NCBI GenBank assembly: GCA_033764135.1
Contig: JANRJE010000008.1
Span: forward strand, 25,395 to 89,394
Source: Gemmatimonadales bacterium
GTDB lineage: Bacteria > Gemmatimonadota > Gemmatimonadetes > Gemmatimonadales > GWC2-71-9
Direction: 5' to 3'
DNA: 64,000 bases
Shown: in pieces, positions 9,936 to 19,560 of the stretch
Layout: each line of letters starts with the position of its first letter
Numbering within the stretch: the first letter of the stretch is position 1
Notes under the pieces: generated by a model
What the model was told of the DNA's origin: nothing
The model's database searches: none
Seen by the model: only the letters and a program-made list of their open reading frames with translations
Translations under genes and position numbers: made by a program

Positions 9936-11254
9936 GCAAACCCACCGTCGCCATCGTCGGTCGGCCCAACGTCGGCAAGTCAACTCTCTTCAACCGGCTC
10001 GTCGGTGGTCGCAACGCGATCGTCTCGGCAGAGGCAGGCACCACCCGTGATCGTCACTTCGGCGACGCCAACTGGAACGGCGTCGACTTCTGGCTGGTCG
10101 ACACTGGTGGGCTGGTGCCCGATTCGCAGGAGACGATGGACAAGGCGATCCGGGAACAGGTCGACCGTGCCGTGGCCGAAGCCGACCTGGTCCTCTTCCT
10201 CGCCGATGGCAAGGAGGGGCTCAACCCGGTCGACGCCGACATCGGCCGACGTCTGCGCCAGTCCAAGCGCCCGGTGATCCTGGCCGTCAACAAGCTCGAT
10301 GAATTGGCACTCCGGGATGCCCGCCACGCCTTCCACGAACTGGGCCTCGGCGAACCGTTCCCGGTCTCGGCGCAATCGGGGCAGGGGACCGGCGATCTTC
10401 TGGACGAGCTGGTGCTGCGCCTCCCAGAGCACGAGGATGGCGAGGAGATCGACCGGATCAGGGTCGCGGTGGTCGGCCGACCCAACGCCGGCAAGTCGTC
10501 ACTGGTCAACAAGCTGCTCGGCGAGGAACGGTTGGTCGTCACCCCGATCGCGGGGACCACCCGCGACGCGATCGATTCGGATCTCTCCTACCACGGCAAG
10601 ACGCTGACCTTCGTCGATACCGCCGGACTGCGTCGTCACGCCAAGGTCGACGAGGCGCTCGAGTTCTACAGCACCATGCGCACCGAACGGGCGATCGAAC
10701 GAGCCGACGTTTGTGTCCTGGTGGTCGATGCCGAGCGGGGAATGCACAACCAGGATCTCCGGATTGCCACTCGCGCCTGGGACGCCGGCTGCGGACTGGT
10801 GATTGTCGTCAACAAGTGGGACCTCATCCCGGACAAGGACGCCAACACCGCCAAGCGCGGCGAAGAGCAGCTCACAGCCAAGGCGCCGTTCCTCGAGTTC
10901 GTGCCGTTCATCTACACCTCCGCATTGTCCGGGCAGCGGGTGCGCAACGTGCTCGACCTCGTGCTGCAGGTGGCGGCCGAGCGGTTGGTGCGCATCCCCA
11001 CCGCCCGGGTCAACGAGGTGCTCAGGGCGCTGGTCGACCGCAATGCCCCCCCCCAGGCCGCCGGCGAAGCGGTCAAGCTGCTCTATGCCTCGCAGATCGA
11101 GACGGCGCCGCCGACCTTCGCGATCATCACCAACCGGCCTGATGCCATCCACGAATCGTACCAGCGCTTTCTGGTGCGCGGCTTCCGGAAGGCCTGGGGT
11201 TTCCTCGGCTGTCCCATCCGGATGCGCTTCAACCGTCGAGGCAGCAAGGCGTGA
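9932..11254 (+). CDS. der: Ribosome biogenesis GTPase Der (EngA)
   Basis: Two tandem G domains (GRPNVGKS, GRPNAGKS, DTGG/DTAG, NKLD/NKWD) plus KH-like C-terminus. Confidence 0.97.
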   Translation: MSKPTVAIVGRPNVGKSTLFNRLVGGRNAIVSAEAGTTRDRHFGDANWNGVDFWLVDTGGLVPDSQETMDKAIREQVDRAVAEADLVLFLADGKEGLNPVDADIGRRLRQSKRPVILAVNKLDELALRDARHAFHELGLGEPFPVSAQSGQGTGDLLDELVLRLPEHEDGEEIDRIRVAVVGRPNAGKSSLVNKLLGEERLVVTPIAGTTRDAIDSDLSYHGKTLTFVDTAGLRRHAKVDEALEFYSTMRTERAIERADVCVLVVDAERGMHNQDLRIATRAWDAGCGLVIVVNKWDLIPDKDANTAKRGEEQLTAKAPFLEFVPFIYTSALSGQRVRNVLDLVLQVAAERLVRIPTARVNEVLRALVDRNAPPQAAGEAVKLLYASQIETAPPTFAIITNRPDAIHESYQRFLVRGFRKAWGFLGCPIRMRFNRRGSKA

Positions 11255-11880
11255 ATCTGGTGCTGGCCATTGTGGCGTCCTACCTGGTGGGCGCGATCCC
11301 GACCTCGTACCTGGTCGTCCGGGCGGTTCGGGGGATCGACTTGCGCACAGTGGGGAGCGGCAACCTCGGCACCACCAACCTCTTCCGCCAGCTCGGCTGG
11401 CGGTGGGCGTTGCCGGTCGGCGTCTTCGACACACTGAAAGGTGCAATCCCCGTAGCCGTCTTCGCGCCGTGGAGCGGCCTTGGAGTGGTCAGCGCGGCGC
11501 TGCTGGGCCTGGTGGCGGTGCTGGGACATGTCTACTCCGTGTTCGTCGGCTTCAAGGGCGGCAAGGGGGTCGCCACAGGGGGGGGGATCGTGCTCGGCAT
11601 GGCGCCCCTGGCATTTCTCGGTGCCCTGGTGACCTGGGCGGTGGTGGTGCGCCTCTCCGGCTTCGTCTCGCTGGCGAGCATCACTGCTGCCGCGATCCTT
11701 CCCGTGCTCCTCTGGTTGCTTCACCCCGAGGCCCGGCCGGCGATCTGGCTGGTTGCCGGGCTCTCCCTGCTCGTCATCTGGTTGCACCGCGCCAACATCG
11801 CGCGACTCAGGGCCGGGACTGAGCACCGTTTTCGCCGGGGCGCCGCATCCGCATCACAATCGGAAGGAGCCAAGGGATGA
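11251..11880 (+). CDS. plsY: Glycerol-3-phosphate acyltransferase PlsY
   Basis: SYLVGAIP, GSGNLGTTN, FKGGKGVAT, HRANIARL. Confidence 0.95.
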   Translation: MNLVLAIVASYLVGAIPTSYLVVRAVRGIDLRTVGSGNLGTTNLFRQLGWRWALPVGVFDTLKGAIPVAVFAPWSGLGVVSAALLGLVAVLGHVYSVFVGFKGGKGVATGGGIVLGMAPLAFLGALVTWAVVVRLSGFVSLASITAAAILPVLLWLLHPEARPAIWLVAGLSLLVIWLHRANIARLRAGTEHRFRRGAASASQSEGAKG

Positions 11881-12875
11881 CCACCTTAGCCGTGCTCGGT
11901 GCCGGCAGTTGGGGCACCACTCTCGCAGACCTGCTCGCTCGCCAGGGGATCCACACCCGGCTCTGGGCCTACGAGACTGAGGTCGCCGAGTCTATCCGCA
12001 CTCGTCACGAGAACTCGACCTATCTGGTCGGCTGTCCGCTCGACCCGCGGCTGGAGTCGACCAGCGATCTGGCCACCGCACTGAGTGATGCAGATCTGAT
12101 CTGCTCGGTGGTGCCGAGTCATGTGGCCAGAGCGGTGCTGACCCAGGCCGCTCCCTTCATCAAGCCCGGTACCCGCCTCGCCTGCGCCACCAAGGGAATC
12201 GAAACCGACACCCTAGACCTGATGCACGAGGTGGCAGCCGAGGTTCTTCCCGGAGTCACCTTCGTGGCCCTCTCCGGGCCGAGTTTTGCGCAGGAGGTCT
12301 ATCAGCGCCAGCCGACTGCCGTGGTGGCTGCCTCCGACGACCCAGCAGCCGCAACTGCGGTCCAGGAGCTCTTCGCCTCGCCCGAGTTCCGGGTCTACAC
12401 CGGCGAAGATGTCGTCGGTGTGGAACTCGCCGGATCGCTCAAGAACGTCATGGCCATCGCGGCCGGGATGCTCGAGGGGCTCGGCCTCGGTCACAATCCG
12501 CGGGCGGCACTGATCACCCGTGGTCTGGCCGAGATAACCCGTCTGGGCGAGGCGCTGGGCGCCGATCCCCTCACCTTTGCGGGGCTCGCCGGGATGGGAG
12601 ACCTGATCCTGACCTGCACCGGCGGCCTCTCCCGCAATCGCCAGCTCGGCGTCGGGCTCGCCCAGGGGACCACGCTGGATGACTGGCGCACCACCCACCG
12701 CACCGTGGCCGAGGGCGTCAACACCGCACTCGCCGCCGCGCGCTTGGCGGAGCGGCACGGAGTGGAGATGCCGATCACCAATCAGGTCAAGGCGATTCTC
12801 TTCGATGACGTGACGCCCGCGGAGGCGATTCGGGTACTCATGGACCGGACTCTCAAGTCGGAGCGTTGGGGATGA
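11877..12875 (+). CDS. gpsA: NAD(P)H-dependent glycerol-3-phosphate dehydrogenase
   Basis: GAGSWGT, TKGIE, LSGPSFA, LKNVMAIAAG, GDLILTC, SRN. Confidence 0.96.
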   Translation: MTTLAVLGAGSWGTTLADLLARQGIHTRLWAYETEVAESIRTRHENSTYLVGCPLDPRLESTSDLATALSDADLICSVVPSHVARAVLTQAAPFIKPGTRLACATKGIETDTLDLMHEVAAEVLPGVTFVALSGPSFAQEVYQRQPTAVVAASDDPAAATAVQELFASPEFRVYTGEDVVGVELAGSLKNVMAIAAGMLEGLGLGHNPRAALITRGLAEITRLGEALGADPLTFAGLAGMGDLILTCTGGLSRNRQLGVGLAQGTTLDDWRTTHRTVAEGVNTALAAARLAERHGVEMPITNQVKAILFDDVTPAEAIRVLMDRTLKSERWG

Positions 12876-13249
12876 CACTGCCCAATCCTGTTCAGCAGTT
12901 CTTCTCGATCGGCGAGGTCTGTGCACTCACTGACCTCAAGCCGCACGTCCTGCGCTATTGGGAAAGCCAGTTCCGCTTCCTCAATCCCGCCAAGAACCGC
13001 TCGGGCAACAGGGTCTACAAGGCCCGCGAAATCGAGCTGGTGATGATGGTCAAGCAGCTCCTCTACACCGAGAAATACACCATCGAGGGAGCCCGCCAGC
13101 GGCTCGATCACTATCGCCGCACCGGCGAGCTCAAGGCCGAAGCGCGCTCGGCGATGCGCGACGAGTTCGTGCGCGAGGTGTCCCGGGATCTGGCCGAATT
13201 GATGGCTGTGCTGGAAGGGAAGGGACGAGACGTGAAACGTGAAACGTGA
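12872..13249 (+). CDS. MerR family transcriptional regulator
   Basis: FSIGEV...PHVLRYWESQF...GNRVY...YTIEGARQRL. Confidence 0.9.
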   Translation: MTLPNPVQQFFSIGEVCALTDLKPHVLRYWESQFRFLNPAKNRSGNRVYKAREIELVMMVKQLLYTEKYTIEGARQRLDHYRRTGELKAEARSAMRDEFVREVSRDLAELMAVLEGKGRDVKRET

Positions 13250-13311
13250 AAGGTGAAACGGCCCCCCTTTCACCTTTCACCCCGTTCACCAATCACCGTT
13301 CACCGTTCACC
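13231..13311. repeat. Heptamer inverted-repeat element (GTGAAAC/G)n ... (TTTCACC/GTTCACC)n
   Basis: CGTGAAACGTGAAACGTGAAAGGTGAAA followed by TTTCACCTTTCACC...GTTCACCGTTCACC; same unit family as at 31.2, 33.4 and 34.8 kb. Confidence 0.85.
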
Positions 13312-13334
13312 TCGCTCTCCCCTTATCTTCCGCC

Positions 13335-14096
13335 ATGCCTCATATCTTGGTCACCAACGACGACGGCGTGCTTGCTCCCGGGATCCAGATCCTTGCCGAG
13401 GCCTGCCGCAGCGCCGGTCAGGTGACGGTGGTGGCGCCGGATCGCGAACAGAGCGCCCAGAGTCACGCCCTGACGATGACCCGGCCGCTGCGTCCGGTGC
13501 GTCGACCCGACGGGAGCTGGCAGGTCGACGGCACCCCTACCGATTGCGTGCTGCTGGCGCTGGAGGCACCGCTGGTCTCCGAGCCGCCGCAGTTTGTCTT
13601 CAGCGGCATCAACCATGGTCCCAACATGGGCGAGGACGTGCTCTATTCGGGGACCGTCTCGGCCGCGATGGAGGCGGTGGTGCTGGGGATCCCGGGCGTG
13701 GCCTTCTCGTTCGCGGGGCGTCGCGACGACCTCATGGCCGGATATGGCGCGCTGGTGGCCGATCTGGTCCGGAAGATCGTGGCGCTGGAGCAGATGCCGC
13801 CCAACACCCTCCTCAACATCAACCTCCCGGGCATTCCGGTCGACGAGGTGCAGGGAATCCGGGTCGTCCCGCTGGGGTCACGCTTCTATTCCAACTCGGT
13901 CATGAAGCAGCAGGATCCCTGGGGCCGGGACGTCTTCTGGATCGGGGGGGGGACCATCACCTGGACCGGTGAGACCGACACCGATCACGCGGTGGTGCGG
14001 GACGGCTACGTCTCCGTGACCCCGTTGCAGCTCGACATCACCAATCACGCCCTGCTCGACACGGTGCGCGATTGGGCGCTCCGCCTGGAGGAGTGA
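13335..14096 (+). CDS. surE: 5'/3'-nucleotidase SurE
   Basis: ILVTNDDG, VAPDREQS, DGTPTDCV, SGINHGPN, YSGTVSAAME. Confidence 0.96.
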   Translation: MPHILVTNDDGVLAPGIQILAEACRSAGQVTVVAPDREQSAQSHALTMTRPLRPVRRPDGSWQVDGTPTDCVLLALEAPLVSEPPQFVFSGINHGPNMGEDVLYSGTVSAAMEAVVLGIPGVAFSFAGRRDDLMAGYGALVADLVRKIVALEQMPPNTLLNINLPGIPVDEVQGIRVVPLGSRFYSNSVMKQQDPWGRDVFWIGGGTITWTGETDTDHAVVRDGYVSVTPLQLDITNHALLDTVRDWALRLEE

Positions 14097-14755
14097 TGTC
14101 CGACGGCTACGCCGGCTATCGCTCACAACTGGTGGAGGCGTTGCAGCTCAAGGGGATCCGCGACATGGCGGTGTTGCGCGCGGTCGGCTCGGTGCCGAGG
14201 CATCGATTTGTCCCCGGCACATTGGAGCGCCAGGCCTACGAGGACGTGGCGCTGCCGATCGGGGCAGGGCAGACCATCTCGCAACCCTACGTCCAGGCCC
14301 GCTCCTGTGAGCTGCTGGCGCTCACCGGCCGGGAACGCGTCCTCGAGATCGGCACCGGCTCGGGGTACCAAACGGCGCTCCTGGCGATGCTCGCCGAGTC
14401 GGTCTTCTCGATCGAGCGGATCCCCGAGCTGGCCCGTCGTGCCCACGAGATGCTCCGGGAGCTGGGCTTCGCCAATGTCACGGTGATGCACGCCGACGGC
14501 ACCCTGGGGTGGAAGCCGAACGCACCGTACCATGGCATCGTAGTGGCCGCTGCGTCTCCCGACATCCCGCTGCCCCTGGTGCAGCAGCTCACCCCCGGCG
14601 GGCGCCTGGTGATCCCGGTCGGTTCCCGGGAGAGCCAGGTGCTCACGCTGGTCACCCGTCATCCTGAGGGCGCGGGGTACGATACCCGGCCGATCAGCGA
14701 TGTGCGCTTCGTCCCCCTTCTGGGTGAATTCGGATTCGCCCTGCCCGAGAGCTGA
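14096..14755 (+). CDS. pcm: Protein-L-isoaspartate O-methyltransferase
   Basis: [32 protein letters not shown]; TGATG overlap with surE. Confidence 0.95.
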   Translation: MSDGYAGYRSQLVEALQLKGIRDMAVLRAVGSVPRHRFVPGTLERQAYEDVALPIGAGQTISQPYVQARSCELLALTGRERVLEIGTGSGYQTALLAMLAESVFSIERIPELARRAHEMLRELGFANVTVMHADGTLGWKPNAPYHGIVVAAASPDIPLPLVQQLTPGGRLVIPVGSRESQVLTLVTRHPEGAGYDTRPISDVRFVPLLGEFGFALPES

Positions 14756-14756
14756 C

Positions 14757-15422
14757 ATGGATCTGCTGCGACAATTCCTGGACTTTTTCATCCATCTCGA
14801 CGTCCACCTGGGCGAGATCATCCGGAACTACGGCACCTGGACCTACGCCATCCTGGTGCTGATCATCTTCTGCGAGACCGGGCTGGTGGTCCTCCCGCTC
14901 CTCCCCGGCGATTCGCTCCTGTTCGCCGCGGGTACCTTTGCGGCCCTGGGCGACCTCAACCCCTGGCTGCTCAACGGGCTGCTGGTGATCGCGGCGATTG
15001 TCGGCGATACCGTCAACTACTGGATCGGCAAGGCGGTGGGGCCCCGGGCCTTCTCGGGCAATGTCCGCTTTCTCAAGCGGGACTATCTCGAGAGGACCCA
15101 GCGTTTCTATGACCGGCACGGCGGCAAGACCATCATCCTCGCCCGGTTCGTCCCGATCGTCAGGACCTTCGCGCCGTTCGTGGCCGGGGTAGGGACGATG
15201 AACTACCCCCGCTTCCTGCTCTACAACGTGGTCGGGGCGGTGGCCTGGGTGACGCTGTTTGTCTGGCTGGGCTACCTGTTCGGGAATATCCCGGTGGTCA
15301 AGGAGCGGTTCTCGCTGGTCATTCTGGCGATCATCGTGGTGAGCATGCTGCCGATTGCCCTGGAGTTGTTCAAGGGGTGGCGAGCCGGGGCCGGGAAAAG
15401 ACTCCCATCAGAAATTGGATGA
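14757..15422 (+). CDS. dedA: DedA family membrane protein
   Basis: [44 protein letters not shown]. Confidence 0.93.
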   Translation: MDLLRQFLDFFIHLDVHLGEIIRNYGTWTYAILVLIIFCETGLVVLPLLPGDSLLFAAGTFAALGDLNPWLLNGLLVIAAIVGDTVNYWIGKAVGPRAFSGNVRFLKRDYLERTQRFYDRHGGKTIILARFVPIVRTFAPFVAGVGTMNYPRFLLYNVVGAVAWVTLFVWLGYLFGNIPVVKERFSLVILAIIVVSMLPIALELFKGWRAGAGKRLPSEIG

Positions 15423-15604
15423 TGTCGTTATCAAGTACGATAACGTGCAGTAGTGCATGGCCTTACTGGCGTCACTTAAAGTAGATTGTCAGAACCGAGC
15501 GCGGTCCATTCTCAACCGGTTCGGACCTCCGGGAATGGTCGATCTGGCTGGGTGTGGGGCGCCTGGTGGTGACCGGACGCCTACTGACGGGAGGGTTGTG
15601 AGTG

Positions 15605-16048
15605 ATGGATTTGAAACTCAATCTTCCGGAGGATGTGGCTGATGCATTGCGTCGGCACATCGACGAGGTGCGTCAGGACTGGGCCGACCATCCTTTCGGG
15701 GTAGGCGACATCGCCTCGCATCATGGCCTGCTTCCGCTCTCATTGGACATGGGCGGGTTCGCAGCCCTCAAATCCGATGGTACCGTCGTGGTTGTCGTTT
15801 GGGATGAGGAGCCGGTGATCGAGCATCCGGTGGTCTCGGTGAAGGAGCGCGACATCTGCTTGTATGTCGGATCGAAGCGCTACCCGATCCTTGCGCGGCT
15901 TTTGCCGGAGCGCGACCCGGGATCGAGAGTCTGTCCGATCTGTGAGGGAACGGGCAAACATCCATTTGCCGTGAAGGCAAGAATTGACAACCTCCTGTGT
16001 TCGTGCGGCGGCTTCGGTTGGCTGCCTGCCAGTTGGGAGTCGACGTAA
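15605..16048 (+). CDS. Hypothetical protein with C-terminal CxxCxGxG...CxCGG zinc-finger-like motif
   Basis: Clean ORF in a lower-GC stretch, GGAGG upstream; CPICEGTG...CSCGGFGW. Confidence 0.7.
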   Translation: MDLKLNLPEDVADALRRHIDEVRQDWADHPFGVGDIASHHGLLPLSLDMGGFAALKSDGTVVVVVWDEEPVIEHPVVSVKERDICLYVGSKRYPILARLLPERDPGSRVCPICEGTGKHPFAVKARIDNLLCSCGGFGWLPASWEST

Positions 16049-16147
16049 GCGAGTGCCGTTCGCCCACCCTGACGCTTCCTTGCCCCAGCCCGCCCAGCCG
16101 CTTCGGTCGCTGGTATTTCCCGTTGTCCGGTATATTTTTCCGGCCTC

Positions 16148-16221
16148 GCCCCCGTAGCTCAGCCGGATAGAGCGAGCGTTTCCTAAACGCTAGGCCGCGT
16201 GTTCGAATCACGCCGGGGGCA
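16148..16221 (+). tRNA. tRNA-Arg (CCT)
   Basis: Acceptor GCCCCCG/CGGGGGC, D-arm AGCTCAGCCGGATAGAGC, anticodon stem AGCGT/ACGCT with loop TT-CCT-AA, GTTCGAA. Confidence 0.95.
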
Positions 16222-16292
16222 TTGGTACCGCCCGACCAGCTGCACCGCTGTGCTGCCCGTCCTCATCTTCCTCCAAACCGGGATCCTGATTC

Positions 16293-17579
16293 GTGCAACT
16301 TCACACCAAGATTCTCCTCGGGCTGGTCGTCGGCGCCGTCGCCGGGGTCAGCTCGCGCCTCCTCTTCGGCGATGCCCCCGAGCTGGCCTGGGCGGTCGAG
16401 AACGTCGCCAACCCCGCCGGCCAGATCTTCCTCCGGATGCTCTTCATGATCGTGGTGCCGCTGATCTTCGGCAGCGTCACGATGGGGGTGGCCTCGCTGG
16501 GCGACCTCAAGAAGATCGGGCGGATCGGCGGCAAGGCGATGGGGTTCTTCCTCCTCACCACGGCCTGTGCCGCAACCATCGGCCTCGCTCTGGTCAACCT
16601 GATCGGACCGGGAGAATCGCTCGATCCGGCGCTCCGAGCCCAACTCTTGGCGCAGTACTCTGGCGAAGCCACCGAGCGGGTCGGGGCAGGGGCGGCCTTC
16701 GGAATCCAGACCTTCATCAATATCGTCCCGCGCAACGCCGTCGATTCGGCCGCTCGGGGCGACATGCTCGGCCTGATCTTCTTCTCGATCGTCTTCGGTA
16801 TCGCGCTCACCCAGATGTCGGCGGAGCGATCCAAGCCGATCATGGATGTCCTCGACTCGCTGGTCGAGGTGGTGACCAAGATCATCGGATACGCCATGAA
16901 GATCGCTCCCTACGGCGTCGCCGGGCTGATCTTCTCGGTCACGGCGCGTTTCGGCGCCGACGTCCTGCAATCGCTGGCGATGTATGCGGGGGTAGTCCTG
17001 CTCGGGCTCGCCATCCAGCTCACCGGGGTCATTGGGTTATTGGCCAAGTTCGCGGCTGGTGTGCCATATGGCGTTTTCTTCTCCCGCTGCCGAGCCCTGA
17101 TGGTCACGGCGTTTTCCACCTCCAGCTCCAACGCCTCGCTGCCCGCCAACATCCGCACGGCACAGGAGCAGTTCGGAGTGCCCAAGGAGGTCGCCTCTTT
17201 TGTCCTGCCCCTCGGCGCCACCATGAACATGAACGGCACCGCGCTGTTCGAGGGGATGACGGTGTTGTTCCTGGCCCAGGTCTTCGGGGTTGATCTGTCG
17301 CTGACCAGCCAGGTAATCGTGGTGGTGATGTCAGTGGTAACGGCGGTTGGTGCTGCCGGTGTGCCCGGTGGCTCGATTCCGCTGCTGGTGCTCATCCTCG
17401 AGACCGTCGGGATTCCTGGGGAGGGGATAGCCCTGATTCTGGGTGTCGACCGAATTCTCGACATGTCGCGGACTGTTCCCAACGTGATGGGCGATCAGCT
17501 CACTTCGCTGGTTGTCGCCAAGTCGGAGGGGGTGCTGCCGCCCCAGCCGTTCGAACGGGATCTGGCGGCGGTGACCTGA
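16293..17579 (+). CDS. Dicarboxylate/amino acid:cation symporter (GltP-like)
   Basis: FLRMLFMIVVPLIF, AFSTSSSNASLP, LPLGATMNMNGTAL, DRILDMSRTVPNV. Confidence 0.93.
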   Translation: MQLHTKILLGLVVGAVAGVSSRLLFGDAPELAWAVENVANPAGQIFLRMLFMIVVPLIFGSVTMGVASLGDLKKIGRIGGKAMGFFLLTTACAATIGLALVNLIGPGESLDPALRAQLLAQYSGEATERVGAGAAFGIQTFINIVPRNAVDSAARGDMLGLIFFSIVFGIALTQMSAERSKPIMDVLDSLVEVVTKIIGYAMKIAPYGVAGLIFSVTARFGADVLQSLAMYAGVVLLGLAIQLTGVIGLLAKFAAGVPYGVFFSRCRALMVTAFSTSSSNASLPANIRTAQEQFGVPKEVASFVLPLGATMNMNGTALFEGMTVLFLAQVFGVDLSLTSQVIVVVMSVVTAVGAAGVPGGSIPLLVLILETVGIPGEGIALILGVDRILDMSRTVPNVMGDQLTSLVVAKSEGVLPPQPFERDLAAVT

Positions 17580-17619
17580 CCGCCTTTTCCCGCCTGGAGG
17601 GCGGGGGGATAAATGCCGA

Positions 17620-17653
17620 AAGGGCCGCCCCGGTTGATCCCGGGACGGCCCTT
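17620..17653. terminator. Hairpin between convergent symporter and csp genes
   Basis: AAGGGCCGCCCCGG-TTGAT-CCCGGGACGGCCCTT. Confidence 0.65.
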
Positions 17654-17673
17654 CTGGTAGTCCGCTTGGACGG

Positions 17674-17883
17674 TCAGCCGAGGCGGACGACGTTCTCTGC
17701 GGCCGGGCCCTTCTGGCCCTGCACGATGTCGAACTCGACCTTCTCGCCCTCGGCGAGAGACTTGAAGCCTGAGCCCTGAATCGCGCTGTGGTGCACGAAG
17801 CAGTCCTTCTGGCCATCGGCCGGGGTGATGAACCCGAAGCCCTTGGCGTCATTGAACCACTTCACAGTGCCGGTGGTGCGCAT
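17674..17883 (-). CDS. Cold-shock protein (CspA family)
   Basis: [15 protein letters not shown] (RNP1), DCFVHHSAI (RNP2), KGPAAENV; GGGGAG RBS before ATG 17883. Confidence 0.96.
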   Translation of the reverse strand: MRTTGTVKWFNDAKGFGFITPADGQKDCFVHHSAIQGSGFKSLAEGEKVEFDIVQGQKGPAAENVVRLG

Positions 17884-18191
17884 ACCGTACTCCCCATCAG
17901 TGTATTGACCGTCGAAGTCCGGTATTTCCGTCCTCACCGACGTTCGATGTTCCGCGGTGCATTCCCTCCGCGTCGGGTGCGAGTCCCCAGAACAAAAAAA
18001 AGAACCGGGACGAGACGTCCAGGTCCTCGATCGGGCTGGTACCAGGGGAAACCCTGCTGACTCGCAACCGTCAATATGGCACCTTGTCCGGCCAGGCGCA
18101 AGGGGGTATGGGGTGGCACTCCTGAACCGACTGGGGTATCCTTCATGTGCTCTCCCCGAAGTCGTCCAAATTCCGCCTCCCTGGAGCCCAC

Positions 18192-19310
18192 GTGGCTGTC
18201 ATCATCCCTGCCTTTCCCGTCCGCGACGGGAACGCCTTTCTGCAGGAACTCCGCCTGCGGGTTGACCAGCACTTCCGGGGTTCGGCCACTTCGCCCAAGG
18301 GCAACTGGGCCATGGTCAGGAAGACCCTCACCATGCTCACAGTCACCTTCGGCAGCTTCGGGGCGATCCTCTGGGGCGGGTTCAGCACACCCGTCATGTG
18401 GGCGCTGACAGTAGTGGTGGGCTTCGGGCTCGCCGGGATCGGCTTCGCGGTGGGCCACGATGCCCTCCATGGCGCCTACTCGGACAGCAAGCGGGTCAAT
18501 TGCTGCGTGGGATGGGCGATGGACCTGATCGGCGGCAGCAGTTACCTCTGGAAGATCACTCACAACGTGATCCACCATACCTACACCAACATCCACGGTG
18601 CCGACGAGGATCTGGTCGTCTCGCCTCTGCTCAGACTTTCTCCCCATGCCGAACGCCACTGGTTCCATCGCTTCCAGCACTGGTATGCCTTGGTGCTCTA
18701 CTCGATGACCTCGCTGTTCTGGATCTTCGTCAAGGATTACAAATACCTGCTCCAGAAGGACATCGGCCCCTACGCAGACCGGCGACATTCGCTCGCCGAT
18801 CTCTCCGGAGTGGCGCTCGGCAAGGCAGTGGCCTATGGCTGGTCGATCGTGCTGCCGTTCGTGGTGCTCGACATACCGTGGTGGCAGGTGACAATCGGCA
18901 TCGTCACGGCGCACCTGGTGGCCGGGGTTACCCTCGGCATCGTCTTCCAGTTGGCTCACGTGGTCGAGGAAACACAACACCCACTGCCCGATGCCGCTGG
19001 GGACATGCCTCAGAGCTGGGTGGTGCACGAGCTTGCCACCACAGCCAACTTCGCGCCGGACAACCGGTTCCTGGGATGGTACGTGGGCGGCCTCAACTTC
19101 CAGGTCGAGCACCATCTCTTCCCCAAGGTATGCAGCGTTCACTATCCGGTGTTGAGTGGACTGGTGCGTGAACTGGCAGCGAAGCACGGCTTGCCGTACC
19201 ACTCGCACGTCACCTTCCGCTCGGCGGTGGCTTCGCATCTCAGGACGCTCAAGGCCTTCGGAGCAAGCGATCCAGTAGCGGCTCCGGCAGGATGCTCCGT
19301 CGTCGTCTGA
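18192..19310 (+). CDS. Fatty acid (acyl-CoA) desaturase
   Basis: His boxes HDALH, HNVIHH, QVEHH; start placed at the GTG after GGAG (ORF is open from 18147). Confidence 0.9.
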   Translation: MAVIIPAFPVRDGNAFLQELRLRVDQHFRGSATSPKGNWAMVRKTLTMLTVTFGSFGAILWGGFSTPVMWALTVVVGFGLAGIGFAVGHDALHGAYSDSKRVNCCVGWAMDLIGGSSYLWKITHNVIHHTYTNIHGADEDLVVSPLLRLSPHAERHWFHRFQHWYALVLYSMTSLFWIFVKDYKYLLQKDIGPYADRRHSLADLSGVALGKAVAYGWSIVLPFVVLDIPWWQVTIGIVTAHLVAGVTLGIVFQLAHVVEETQHPLPDAAGDMPQSWVVHELATTANFAPDNRFLGWYVGGLNFQVEHHLFPKVCSVHYPVLSGLVRELAAKHGLPYHSHVTFRSAVASHLRTLKAFGASDPVAAPAGCSVVV

Positions 19311-19560
19311 GTATCGCCTTGCTGAGTGCCGTGCTCACTGGAGCACACCTGCACGCTGCGACGGAGATAATCTCCGGTTCAGGCGGACGGGCGTCGACAT
19401 CTGGAGCGCGGTGTATTCCCTGACCCTCGCCGACCAATAACCGCAGCGGGGGTGTTAGGGTGGTGCTCCCCGGCAACCCGGTCGGGTCGATCGCCGTATA
19501 TCTTCCGGAGTTCCGCCCCCGTCATCGCACCCCGTGGTGCTCATCAACCGGAGTCCTGCC

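Noticed and set aside
15570-15582. 13-mer TGACCGGACGCCT also present inverted at 39116-39128, both near lower-GC patches
   Set aside because: Short GC-rich match that does not extend; compatible with chance in 64 kb
8432-16221. tRNA-Gly and tRNA-Arg as integration sites of a prophage or island
   Set aside because: No integrase nearby and no duplicated tRNA 3' end seen; downstream genes are housekeeping
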